Below are positions 49,589 through 62,100 of a stretch of DNA of 64,000 bases, piece after piece. Source of the stretch: Tricharina praecox (lineage: Eukaryota); assembly GCF_024521635.1 (NCBI RefSeq), contig NW_026250403.1:1-64000 (forward strand). Direction: 5' to 3'. A program made the translations under genes and the position numbers. Position 1 is the first letter of the stretch. Each line of letters opens with the position of its first letter. Under the pieces are notes generated by a model, which saw nothing but the letters and a program-made list of their open reading frames with translations, did no database searches and was not told where the DNA came from.

Positions 49589-50764
49589 ATGTCTTCGCAA
49601 GCCACCATAAACATCGTAGGTTCACAGTCTCACGATTGGCCCGTACCAAGCGCATTCTCGTGAACTGACGATACCCCGCAGACCGTGATCGGAGGCGCCG
49701 GTCTGATCGGCCGACGGCACGTAACGCACGTCCTCGACGAGCCGATGACGACGCTGTGCTGCATCGTCGATCCGACGCCCGCGGGCGCCGCCCTCGCGGC
49801 CGAGCTCCAAATCCCCAATTACCCCTCAGTGGAAGCACTGGTCGCCGCGCGCAACGCCGGCTCCCTCACCGTCGATGCCGCGATCGTCGCCACGCCCAAC
49901 ACCACGCACGTGCCGCTGGGCCTGCTCTGCATCGACAACGACATCTCGGCGCTAGTCGAGAAGCCGATTTCCATTGACGGGGCGTCGGCGATCTCCTTGC
50001 TGCGCGCGGCGGAGCGCGCGCAAGCCCGCGGCTCCACCGCTCGCGTCCTCGTCGGACACCATCGAAGACATAACCCGTATATACGCGCGACGAAGAAGGC
50101 GCTCGACGCCGGGGTGCTGGGCAGGCCCGTCGCGTTCTCGGGCGCCTGGACGCTGCTGAAGGATGCGAAGTACTTTGATGTCGAGTGGCGCAGGAAGAAC
50201 GGCTCTGGCGGCCCGATCCTGATCAATATGATCCACGAGATCGATAACCTCCGATACCTCTTTGGCGACGTCGAGCGGGTCTATGTCGAGCGCGGCAAGG
50301 AGACGCGTGGCTACGAGGTCGAGGAGACGATTGTCATGACCCTGAGGTTCGTGTGCGGCTTGGTCGGCACGTTTGTCCTCTCGGACGCGGTCGCGTCGCC
50401 GTATAATTGGGAGTCCGCGTCCGGCGAGAACCCGTTGATCCCGAAGACCGGGCAGGCCGTGTACACGATCATGGGCACGCGCGGGTCGATGACCGTGCCT
50501 GAGCTAAGGAGGTGGCACTACGACGGGCAGGGGGCTGAGGGCTCGTGGTTGACGCCCATGGCGATAGACGATAGCCTCAAGAGCGAGATCGACGATGTGC
50601 CGCCGTTTACGCTGCAGCTTAGGGATCTGGTCGCTGTGCAGAGGGGCGAGAAGGAGCCCACGTGCTCGGGTGTCGAGGGTTGTAAGAGTCTCTTTGTCGT
50701 CGAGGCTATCACGAAGAGCATGGAGACGGGTGTGCCGGTCATGGTGGAGAAGCCACAGTTGTAG
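49589..50764 (+). CDS. qutH: Gfo/Idh/MocA oxidoreductase, QutH-like (~369 aa, 2 exons)
   Basis: Exons 49589-49615 and 49682-50764. Motifs GGAGLIGRRH, ATPNTTH, LVEKP, VLVGHHRRHNPY, GGPILINMIHEID and SPYNWESASGENPLIP. It lies head-to-head with a QutD-like permease; the symbol is inferred from family plus context. Confidence 0.85.
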
Positions 50765-51569
50765 ATGGGGTGTACCTAGATGTCAGAGCGGAGATACCCA
50801 AGTATGTAGAGTGTGTTGTGAAGAGAAAGACACGATGCATGGACATCGGCACGCGTAGATCCCGACGCGCCTCCGTAAAGCACTCTGCCTGCTGCCCAGT
50901 GACCAGTGCCCACCGCCCAATGCCCACGCCTACCACCCACTGCTCACTGCTCACCACCCACTGCCCATTGCTGACTGCCCACTGCCCACCGCGCTCCCAT
51001 CGGCAACTAATTCCTCACGAGGACAACAGCCTGATATGTATACCGTAGTCAGTACTCCCTGTAGAGGACTGGTACGTACCGCCCACAACGCCTGTTGCAG
51101 TAACACATTCCAGTACCCATCCATCACCATCCGCACATCATCCGCACATCCGGCGGCCTGTTTACAGTTTGAGGTTCGCGCCACCAGCGACCACATGGCA
51201 CACACGTGGCATGTGCATAAGTACTCTACTCCACACAAGCATCAATTTCCGTGCACGCATAAGTCGTCACGGTCGGTGAGACGTTGGGCCCTGCGGTGAC
51301 CGGTCCCTGCGGAGTCGCGAGTTCGCGAGCCCTAGAATTCCGCGATTTGTCGGCCGTGTGTGCACTGTGTGGTGTGGTCACTCTGGTGTGAGTGCCCGTA
51401 ATCGTATCGCCAAGAAAACGTGGATGCGACGTGCGTGCGTGCTCCCTCCCATTCTCAGCCGCCCCACGCGAGTAACCATGTTCCGATCGCCGAGATCAGA
51501 GACAAGACAGAGTCCGTTCTGCGAGCACTGGCTGGCTGGCACATGGCGCGCGCCCTGCCTCTGCCTCTA

Positions 51570-51720
51570 CCTCCTCCTCCTCCTCCTCCTCCTCCTCCTC
51601 ATCGTCAGGGATGTGGGGACGAAGACAACGACCACGACCACGACCACGACCACGACAACGACCATCGGACAACAACGGACAACCGACAACGACCAACCGG
51701 CAACCGACAACGAACAACGA
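51570..51720 (+). repeat. Compound microsatellite (CTC)n / (ACGACC)n / ACAACG-like
   Basis: Simple-sequence runs in the 5' region of the RING gene. Confidence 0.8.
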
Positions 51721-52753
51721 ACAGCGAAGTCCGAGCCCGCCTCTCCCCTCCTCCTCCTCACTGGTCCAGAGGCAGTACTTCTCTATAGAGGATCAACCAA
51801 GCTCGACAACGACGACGACCAAACAGCTCAACTCGGCATAGCATGAGCAAACCCGTTCCCGGAATTCTTCACAACGACAACCTCCACCACCGTCCCACAA
51901 TAGCGACCCGATAGATTCACCCGCCCCCGAACCGTCTGTATGTAGTGCCCCGTACCCCCGCCCCACCCGCCCCCCCCCCCCCCCCCCGTATCGCACGCGC
52001 ATCACGACGGACTGACACCATACCTACAGACCACACACACACAAACACGCATATCGGTATACCTACCTGCAGACAGAGAGAGACATCGCGAGATCTACCA
52101 TAGCTCTACTTCCCCTCCCCCACGAAAAGCGCTGCGTCTCGACTCTGTTTCTTCTTTTCGTCCTCTCCTCCTCCTTCTTCTTCTCCTCCTCTCTATCGTG
52201 CTTCCGCTTTAGCTTCTTCTCCTCCTCCTTCTTCTTCTCTTCTTCTTCCCTTCGCTCCCACGCGACAACTCATCGCAAGCATCTCTTCGCTTCGACTTCT
52301 CCTTTTCGTCAGCCAACCGAATCGAACCACCACTACTATCCCCACTTATATGATCTCCAATATCATTTTCGTTTCGGATATAGCCCACCAGCAGCGATTG
52401 ACCCTTAGGCACAGTTAATAGCTGCTTACTTTCCACCGAGACCCTTCGCCGCCATGCGCTTTCGTCGGCACCTCTTACTATAGGTATAGATCGACAGCCC
52501 GCAGCGAACCCACCCACGTTTTTGTTGTTTCGGCGCCTTTCTTTTCTGTCGGTCTCCCGGAACACCTCTGCTATACTAGTACCACTCTACCAGCACCGCA
52601 CAGCAAGCAAGCATCATCGTCAGGAAAACCCTCGTCCATAGTTACTTCTTACCTTCCTCCTTTCACTCTTTGCATCTGCAAACCCAACATCTCCCTCCCC
52701 CAGTGCGTTTATCCGCCAGCAACCCAGCCGATCGCATCCCAACCACCACCACT

Positions 52754-54600
52754 ATGGCCACATCTGTGATCGAAAAAGAGCTAACATGTTCTGTGAGTAC
52801 CTACATACATATTTGCTTGCTTGCTTACCCAAGTACTTACCACATACCCAAAAAAACACCCCTCCCTCCCTCCCCACCCCTCTTCCATTTGCGTGCTTCC
52901 CGCCCATACCCCTCGCAGCTTGCTAACCGACGGGCCCGAGATCAAAACAGATTTGCACAGAACTGCTCTTCGATCCAGTCACATTTCTCAATTGCTTACA
53001 TCACAACTGTGGTGCTTGCGCGAAGCGCTGGTTTGGCTCACAGGCACACAATCCGCCGACATGTCCGGTATGCCGCCGGTTAGTCAAGAGCGCGGGTGTG
53101 TCACCCATCGTGGTCAGCATCCTTGCCGACTTTCTGGAGCGCTTTCCGGACCGCGGCCGGACGCCGGAGGAGATGGACGAGATGCGCGGCGTGTGGAAGC
53201 CCGGGGAAGAGCTATTGCCGCCGTCAGCGCGCGCGGCCGGCGGTGAGGGAATTGTGGAAAGGAGGATGGTCCTCAGGAATAGCGGGAATGTGGGAATGCA
53301 GAGGGTGCGGCCGCCGCCGCGGAGTAACAGCGATTATCCGCCAAACTCGATGCCGCTGCAGTACGGTGGCGAGAGGGGGATGAATCTGATGCCGCCGAGT
53401 CCGAGGCTACTGACAAGGCTGCTCTCACCGCCTCCCGAGGAGGTGCTGCCGATACAAATATATCACAATCCGCCACGACACCGTCCGAGGTCACCCGTAC
53501 GCGCGGCACTACCGTTGGCCGCACGACGTCCCTCCATACCACCGTCCGCACTACCGTCGACGGTTTTGGAGATCCTCCACCGGGGCATCTCGCCTATCAT
53601 CATCACTTGCGACCACTGCACCCGGCGCCTCGACACCGCCGTACACCTGGAGTGCTCAACATGCCCGCTCTTCCACCTCTGTCTACGATGTTTCCGCGCT
53701 GGACGTACATGTCCCTCTCCCAACCACTGCCTGACACGGCAGAAACTCATCTCGTCCTGGCCACGGCGATACCTTCAAGTCGGCATATTCTGCGACGTCT
53801 GCGATGGCTGGCTCGACGAAGACCGCAACGGCGGCGCACGGGTTGATGCTATGTTCTGGCGCTGCAACTCGTGTAACGACAGTCGGGGATGGTCCTACTG
53901 CACACGGTGCGTCCAGCGCGGGTGGAACTGCACACACGAGCTCGAAATGTGGAGCAACAACCGCACCACCTCCTCGGGCACCCTCATCCGGGGCAGCCCA
54001 CGGCTCCCGACGCCCTCGCTCGACCCCATCGGCGCCGCTTCCGGCCTCCTCGGCAGCGGTTACACACCCTTCCTCTTCCTTACCGCCGTAGCCTGCACGC
54101 TGTGCAAACTCGCGATCGGCGAGCAAAACTCACAGTGGCTCCACTGCTTCGGCTGCCCCGAACCGCACGGCGACCTGTGCACGACCTGCTTCTACAATCT
54201 CCACCGCACGTTCCCCTCGCCCACGCGCAGCCTCCACAGCTTCTACACGTGTCCGCGGGGGCACGCGATGGGCGTGCTCGCACAGCACGGAAAACGCGTG
54301 CTCCACCGCGGCGTATTCGCACACGCACCGCGGCCGCGGGCGCCCGAGTGGATTCGCGGTGGAGGCGGTGGAAAAGCGGTTGCGGTGCGCGGGCACTGGC
54401 CCGAAGAGGAGGATGCGTCGTGCGATGGCGATGACGCGCGCAAGTGGGGGAGAGGCCAGTGGCTGTGTTTCCCCGCCGGGGCGGAGGTGTTGGACGTGGC
54501 GAGCGCGTTTGTGAGCGAGGATAGGCGTGTCGAGTGGTTCTGGGGGAGTTACTCGGGGGTCGGGGGGTTGTTTCCTGGGGAGTATGTGGCGCACGTGTAG
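52754..54600 (+). CDS. RING-finger protein with ZZ-like zinc fingers and a C-terminal SH3-like domain (probable E3 ligase; ~562 aa, 2 exons)
   Basis: Exons 52754-52792 and 52951-54600. C3HC4 RING: LTCS|ICTELLFDPVTFLNCLHHNCGAC...TCPVCR. Three CxxC-rich ZZ-like units. The C-terminus AVRGHWP...LCFPAGAEV...WFWGSYSGVGGLFPGEYV is SH3-like. Confidence 0.88.
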
Positions 54601-55204
54601 ACGTGGTTACGTGGGTTGGCGTTGGTGGGAGGTGCGTGGTCGAGGTGCGTGGTCACGGGTGTGTCGTGTCGTGTATGTAAAATAGTATAGGTAGTGGCTT
54701 GTGGTGCGGTAACTTGAGCGGTTGTCATCCTGTGTTGTCGTGCTTTTGTGACGTTAGTCCTCTCTACTCTATCGACCTAGAACCAGAGTAGAATAGAGTA
54801 GTGAGCGCCCACTCATCCCCGGATTCGGTGCGATGAACTGATTGGTGGGAGAAATCTCCACCACCTATGGTAGGTATCTACGCCAACACCAACAACCAGA
54901 CGCATCTTGACGACAGTGCTGGCGGGGATGAGATTGAAAGTGACGTACTGGCAGCAGGTTGTGAGAGGGGGAGATATCAGATTCCAGTTGTAATCGATCT
55001 GAGCGGTGGGGGTTCCCCACACGGGGTCTTGCTATGTACTATACATACCAGGTATATAGAGCACAGAATTTGTTTTTAATGCTTGATTCTTGCCGTAGAC
55101 CCGGAGCTAGGGCCGGGGCCGGGGCCGGGGCCGGGGCCGGAGAACTACACTTCCGTGAAGCCTGAGAACCCCACGGCGACGGTGGATGGGCGGGTATGTG
55201 CATA

Positions 55205-55302
55205 CCAGTACATAGCAACACCGGTACATAGCAATACTTGTGCATAGCAGTATCGGGACATAGCAATACCGGTACATAGCAACACCGGTGCATAGCAATA
55301 CC
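55205..55302 (+). repeat. 16-bp minisatellite CATAGCAAYACCGGTA (6 copies)
   Basis: CATAGCA recurs at 55211, 55227, 55243, 55259, 55275 and 55291. A (GGCCGG)n run precedes it at ~55110-55140. Confidence 0.85.
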
Positions 55303-55435
55303 GTGCCGTATGTACCGTACCGTATATACTGCAGAGATATCTGATACGGTACTGCAGACCGCAGACCGCAGATCTAGAGATACCATGATGGCCTACCTAT
55401 AGTGCTCTACGGCAGTCGACAGAATTGATCCGTCG

Positions 55436-56167
55436 AACGGGAAATTCAACGTCTTGTCCGTCTGTGGATCCGCGATCGGGCCCTCTGCAGGCGTCGAGTT
55501 TGCAGGTGTCGAGTTTGCAGGTATCGGGTCTGCAGGTACCGGAGGGGGAGGGTGATGTATTCGGAGGTATTTAGATGTGTAGGTAGGTGGGGGCGTAGGC
55601 ACTTAGGTGGGTGTGTAGATCTTCAGTCCGCGGGTTACGTACGGATATCGGCATCGATTGGGGGGTGGAGGTGGTGGTTGAGTGCCGAAGGTCGGTCCGT
55701 AGGTACCCAAGTAAATGCAGTATCTACAGTATGTTTTACAGTATCTACGTACATCGTGCATTGTACATGATAGCAATAGCAGCAGCATCAGTGGCGGAGG
55801 AGAAGAAACGGGAAATTCAACGCCTTGTCCGTTTGTGGGTCTGCATGTACCGGGGCTTACAGGCACCGGCGGAAGATGGTGATGTAGGTATCCGGAGGTA
55901 GTTACTTGAGTACTTGGGTATGTGAGTACATACCTGGTAGGATTGCAGGTAGGTTTCTAAGTAGGTGTGTAGATAGTAGGTGTGAAGATCTTCAACCCGC
56001 AGGGTACGGTTATCGGCAGTGATGTAGGCTAGGTAGAGTATCATAGGTCTGTACTGGGTATCCAAGCAAGTACAGTATACAGTATCTACATTATCTACGT
56101 ACGTTGTGCATTATACATGATATCAACAGCAGCAGCAGCAATGGCGGAGGAGGATGAAAAACGGGAA
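55436..56167. repeat. Diverged ~360-bp tandem duplication (2 copies plus the start of a third)
   Basis: AACGGGAAATTCAACG.CTTGTCCGT at 55436 and 55807. Both copies share AGATCTTCA..CCGC.GG and TACATGATA.CAA.AGCAGCAGCA.CA.TGGCGGAGGAG. AACGGGAA recurs at ~56160. Confidence 0.85.
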
Positions 56168-59100
56168 GGGAAGGGAAGGGATCCCATGCGGTATGTAGGG
56201 CCGCAGGGATACGGGCTGCCGGGGCTAACTTGTGGGGGTGAATCGGCATCCGATCGCTGGTGACGGAGGATTCAAGCGGGGCACGATGGTTAGTTCATCG
56301 TTGCGTTGCGTTGCGTTGCGGGAGAGGATGTGGGGCCGCTGCGGCCACTGGGGACGGGCTGCTTGGACTTGGGGCGGCCCGGACGGGTAGCACGGAGCGG
56401 GGTGATCTACTCGGATTTCATGGTGTATATGTTGTCAGTAGGTGCTTACGTGGGTACTCTATGAGGACGTGGGCGTGGGCGTGGGCTACGGGTAGGATAG
56501 TGGCGGGTAGACCATTGCTTACCTAAATCCAACTGTGGAGCTACCGATACTATACAGTATCTACAGTACCGGCATCTGTTTACACCGACACCATCACTCC
56601 TCTCCTCGATCAAGATAACTGAATATTACTTGTTACTATCATCCGGAGAAACGTTTTGTCCGTACTACTACCCAGCACTACTATCCACCGTAGCCGCTGG
56701 TCCCTGGTCCCTGGCGTCGATTGCGTGCCGTGGTCCGAGCGTGCCGCAGAGTAGGAGCTGGGGAGTACGTACTCGAGTCACTAGTCGTGGTCGTGGACGT
56801 GGGCCGGAGTGGGCCTGCGCGGGCCATCTACATGTATACTCGGAAACCTTATGTACTTATCTTGTACAGTATGTAGTTACTCTAGTAGTAACTACTGCGG
56901 TTGATACTATATAGTAGTACGGGTCAACTATATTCCGGCCAATTCCCCTGCAGCACATACCGGTAGTTGCTGCACCCTACAACCTAGGAAGGTAGGTAGT
57001 AATCCAAACACTTGTGCCACGGCGCAGGGGGGGGGGGGGGGGCAGTAGTGAAAGAAGGCCAACGAGGAGGAGATGTTGAAGTACATAAGAAGGTACATAG
57101 GGACGGGAGAATAGTTTTCCTGGAGTAGGTAACTCCCCACACAACTCCCCACGTACTTACATACCTATAGTAAGGTGTGTAGTAGTACCGGCCGGTTCTG
57201 TGTGTTCCGATTGCCTGGGTCTATATACTCCAGACCTTTCGGTCTGGGCGCGGGAGGGAGGCGGCCGGGTGTGTATTCGAGCGGATGCGGTGGCGGTGGT
57301 GTGATGCGGATCCAAGACTTTACGGATCCGAGACTCGGGGGTTTCGGGCTCGAGAAGGAGGAGGTCGGCTTCATTCCAGAGGGGAGTACTTGTTACTGCC
57401 GGTAGTGGGTATTCGCTTCCTTCACGCTGTAGCCTGCGGGCCGCGAGAAGACTGAAGCCGAACTTCGGGGGACTGGGCTGGGCTCGGCTGGGCTGGGCTG
57501 GGTTTCCCCAGATAGGTACCTAAGCCAGTACCTACCTGGTATCCGTACGAGCGGCTGGCATCAAGCATGCATAGTAGCAGAACCTGGAGACTCTATGTTT
57601 TCGTATTCATGTGTTTCCATGTTTTCGTTTTCATGTGTTTCCATGTTTCCGTGGTTGTGTTTTCGTTTACGTATAGTGCCGGTGAATAACCGACGATGTT
57701 TGCTTTTGCTTGTTTCTTGCACGCCATGCCACGCCACTCGGATCATGGATGCACCACTCGGATCATGGATGCACAGCAAGTAAGGTTCCCCCATCCCCTT
57801 TATGTACCTCCCCCGGATCTGGGTGACTGTGGTGCAGTGTGGTGCGGGGTGTGCGTTCGCGAATGTGATTCCGCGGTACCGGTACTGGTCTGAATGTACT
57901 TATGCATACATACTTTGGAAGGGCGTGCATGCGTTGACTACTTGCTTCCTCTTGAAACAATGGTGGCCTCGTCCGGGGCTTTCCGGATGGGATGGCTATG
58001 ACTGTGAGGCTTGCGTGGGGTTGCATCTGCGACTCCGGGGCACAGATTGATACTTACTTGTTAGCACTTGACCGGTAGTGTCCATCGTGGCGGGTTGACT
58101 ACGCGGGACAACGAAGGCCGTGAATACTTGCTAGCACAGCAAATATCCGGGCGGGCTTCTCCATAGCTATAGCCCGCGATGAAAGAGAAGGCAGTGGTGG
58201 CTGGCGGCTTGGACAATGTACACCTCCAGCGAACAGCATGCGAGCTCTCGAGAACTTCTGACGGCGACGGAAAAGTTTGTCTGGCTGGCTGGCGAATTCC
58301 ATGGTTATTCCCTGGTACCTAGCTTTCTACTTTTCTGCCGCCGTGTACAGTACGTGTAGCGGGTTTCCCCGCGGCCGCAAAACACGAACCGAAGACTCAC
58401 GTACCGCACCTAGTCTGTAGATAGGTGGATGAGATTTCTCCCCATCTGCACAGGCGATCATTCGCACGCCGGAAAATAAACTTCCGCTGCGCTGATTGGT
58501 GGAAATAGCTGTGGCGGCGGCGGGCATGGTCCGTGCCGCTCGACTGTCGAGTGTTTGTAATGGTACGGCACGCCATCGCCAGTGGCGATAGGGCGATGCA
58601 CTGGCGACACCGGGGCATATCCAATAATATGTACAAGTATGTACCTAGATAGAGTATGGAGTAGAGTAGTGTGGGGAACCCCGGCTTGTAAGTTGTGGAG
58701 TAACTACCATGCCATGATACTCGGCCGAAGTTCCCCGCGTAATACTGGTACGATACGTCGACACGGTTCTCGCTGTACAGTGTGGGGAAAGCCCACGTCG
58801 CGAGTCGCGCATGGATCCGTGCGGTTCAGATTTCTCGCACAAACGACAGGCGCAACTTCCTGTCGGGACTCGGAACGAGTCAACAGCCGATGGAGTTCCG
58901 GGATCCCGACGTGTCGCTGGTGGGATGCGGATGCATATGTACCGGTATAACTTTATCACACGAGGGACAAGCCAAAGAGGGGCAGCGAGATCGGAGTCGC
59001 GGGATCACGGCTGCTCCTGCTTGGTTCCGAACCGTGGCCGCGTGAGCAGGTCTTTTGCTGTCACTCGGAGCGACCTGATTTGGTGAGGTGACTTCTATAT

Positions 59101-62100
59101 ACAGTTCTACAGTTCTAATACAGACTGTTCTACTACCCAGTAGAATCAGTCGCTACGAGAATCGGGATGATAACATTTCGGGTGCTTGAGTGGTATCATC
59201 TACGGGTAGATGGCCGCTGTGGTACTCCATTGTGCCTCGACAACTTGTCAGAAATTCAGAATCCGGGATGATACCAGTAACTTGTCGTGATTCGTGAATG
59301 ACTGATTTTCCGGGTGAATGGGCACACCACCTACAACCTACTATTCTACTAGTAGTCTAGATAGGTACCGGTGAACCTGTAACCCCCATCCCCTCGCCTC
59401 CTCCTGCATACCCCGCCACATCCCGAAACGCCTTAAACTGTAAACACCAGGGCTGGGCAGAATAGAAACATGAACCTACGCCGTACGGTAGTATCAGGGA
59501 TTCCCGCAGTACTAACCTAGCGATAGAGTACCTAGAAGAATTAGGGCTGAGCACCGTAGCTGGTCGTAACTGACAGTACTCGTGCGAAAAGTGTTATGAC
59601 TCCGGGGACTATGGGTATGTGTTACCGGTTGTTAGGGCGGTGGGTAGACTGAGTAGGTGTTGAGGGAGCTCAGTCTGTCTTTCGTCGGTCGATAATGGTG
59701 GTTCCAGACTTGCAGGGGAGATTCTACCTGGTATAGCGAAGAATTGCCTCGACTACTAGTCGACCTGTGTGAGTCCTCGGTCCTCTCACTCGACCCACTT
59801 CCAATTTCCAACGCTCATCTCCTTAGCACCGAGTCGAAGAGTCGATGACCAACGGGAGTTCCTCTCAGCTTCAACAGCAATGATCCTACCGCACAGCGAT
59901 GAGTTGCACCTTGCTCTAGGTAGGAATGAATTCTGAAGTCTCTTTCTCGATTGCAGCTTTGGTTCTTGGTTCTTTCCTTTGCATAGGTGTGTCATCACGG
60001 ATTATCCAAGCCATGACAAGACGCACTTCGCGTAACCAACTCGAGACAGCAACCCCCCTCCTACGGACCTATCAAATCAACAGTCATCGAACCTCTCGGC
60101 CGGAGGCCCGGAGTGACCAGTCGAGTGCTCGACCATGCTCGGCATGTTCGACATGCTCGCCCATGCCTAACGTTCGGATCGAACATGCGCATCATTGTCA
60201 ATGACTCGGCGTTTCGCAGGAGCCTACCGGAAAGGGATGTGCATGGCTGGGACAGCCTCCAGCAAACGCCATCACGGAACGGAAAACCGTTGAGGCGGGA
60301 ATACGACTCACGACTCACCAGCGTTCGTATGCGGAATCTTTTCGACTCCACTTGCGGCTTCGAAGTTCAAAGTTCAAAGCTCGAAGACGTTGCTGGTTCC
60401 ACTGCAGTAAAGCAAGCAAGCGTTTCAAACAGCTGAAAACGTCGACCTGGGCGGCTGCATGTGGCGTGTGTAATGTGCGATGTGCGATGATGTACGTACC
60501 GTGTACATACGTGCCCGTTCGCATCTGGCCGTGACTCGTGAGGTGTAGATACGATGGATGGATGGATGCCTACAGTCTGCGCATGATACCTATCGTATCG
60601 CATGGTATCGTATCGTGCACAGGGTGGGCTAGTTACATCGGGGGAAACCGCGGGCCAGCTAGCTTGCAAACAAATCCCCAGCCTTGCCCACCCGTCATGC
60701 GCCAGGTTCCGCCGTCGTGAGACATCACGGCTCCTGTCCCTATGTACTCTGTGTATCCAGGAAGTTTGTAGCGGGACGGGGCGGGACATCTGGACTCTGT
60801 CTGCTTCCACGCGCCGCCAGGTGCCTCCATGCTCCGTCGGCTCGGCTCAACACCACCAGTCTGAGCGCTCGCGGCTCTGACGGTCTCACGGTCGCAGTTG
60901 CACGTCGAGCTCATCCGAAACATACATACTTCGCATAACTAGTCATCCCGGCGCTACAGCGCCGATTGGCTGGCTGGCTGGCTGGCTGGCTGGCCTGCTC
61001 GTGAGCATTGAGGAGTCCTGCGGCTGTCCGATGTGTATCTACTAGCTGTGTGGTATGTACGCGATGCTCGCTGACGTCGACGCAGCCTTATGTACGTATG
61101 TGCGAGTAGATACACACGCAGCACAGCACGCTCCAGGCAGCAGGCAGCAAGCGGCAAGCCAGACAACCATCGCAGCGGCCATGGGGAAAGTGCAAACGGC
61201 AAGCCCAAGCCGGCTCGCAAGGCTGGACAGTGGACCGGCCACCGCACACCGGAACTGGCGGCCACGCTTGGCCGCCGCCTCGATAGACAGGCACCACGGT
61301 TCGGAGCAGGCTACGAGAGTATTCTCGTGATCACTTCGAGCCGGCGGCCACGGTGTCGGGTCGGTAGGGACAGCCTGTTCCATTCGTAGGCGGGCACTGT
61401 ATTCGTTGGCGACATGCGACGAGCTCACTGCTCACTGCTCACTGCTCACTGCTCACTGCTCCATCGATACCCGAACGCATGCTCTTTTTCTGCCGTTTCC
61501 GCCTTGTCTGCTCTTTGCTCTGCTCTGCAGCATTTCCGCCCCCATCACTATCCGGATGAAAGGCCTTCGATGGGGTGGGAGGGGGGGGAGAAAGAAAATA
61601 ATGCAGAGAAGCCGCGGATGCAGTTTTGCCACCGCCACTGCCACGCGAGTAACCACCGCCACGGCGACGGGACAGCGCTCTTCCTTCCTTCTTCCACTTC
61701 CGTTCTCTGTGCTTGCGATTTTCTGCCTGTTATCGGAGTCCTAGTTACTGCTAGTAAGCAGTAGGTGGTCACTAACTGCTATTGGTGCCTCCACCTCACT
61801 GGCCGGCCACCCAGCCAACCATCAGCCGCGAGCCGACCGACCGACCGACCGACCCCCGCCGCCGCCGCCACCGCAGACCACAAACGCTCTGCAGAGGCAG
61901 AGGCCAGCAACGCCGTCCACCGGACCCCCTTCGACCGGTGGTTTCTGGCAGCGAGCTCGAGCTCGAGCCGGGCTGGCCGTGACGGGATGGAGCACCTGGA
62001 GTACCTACTAACCGTGTAGTTACGTCGCATGCGAAATCTACTCTGCTCTGGAGTCTAGAGTTCAGCGTAAGTGAGATGGGGCCGACCCCATCACATTTTC

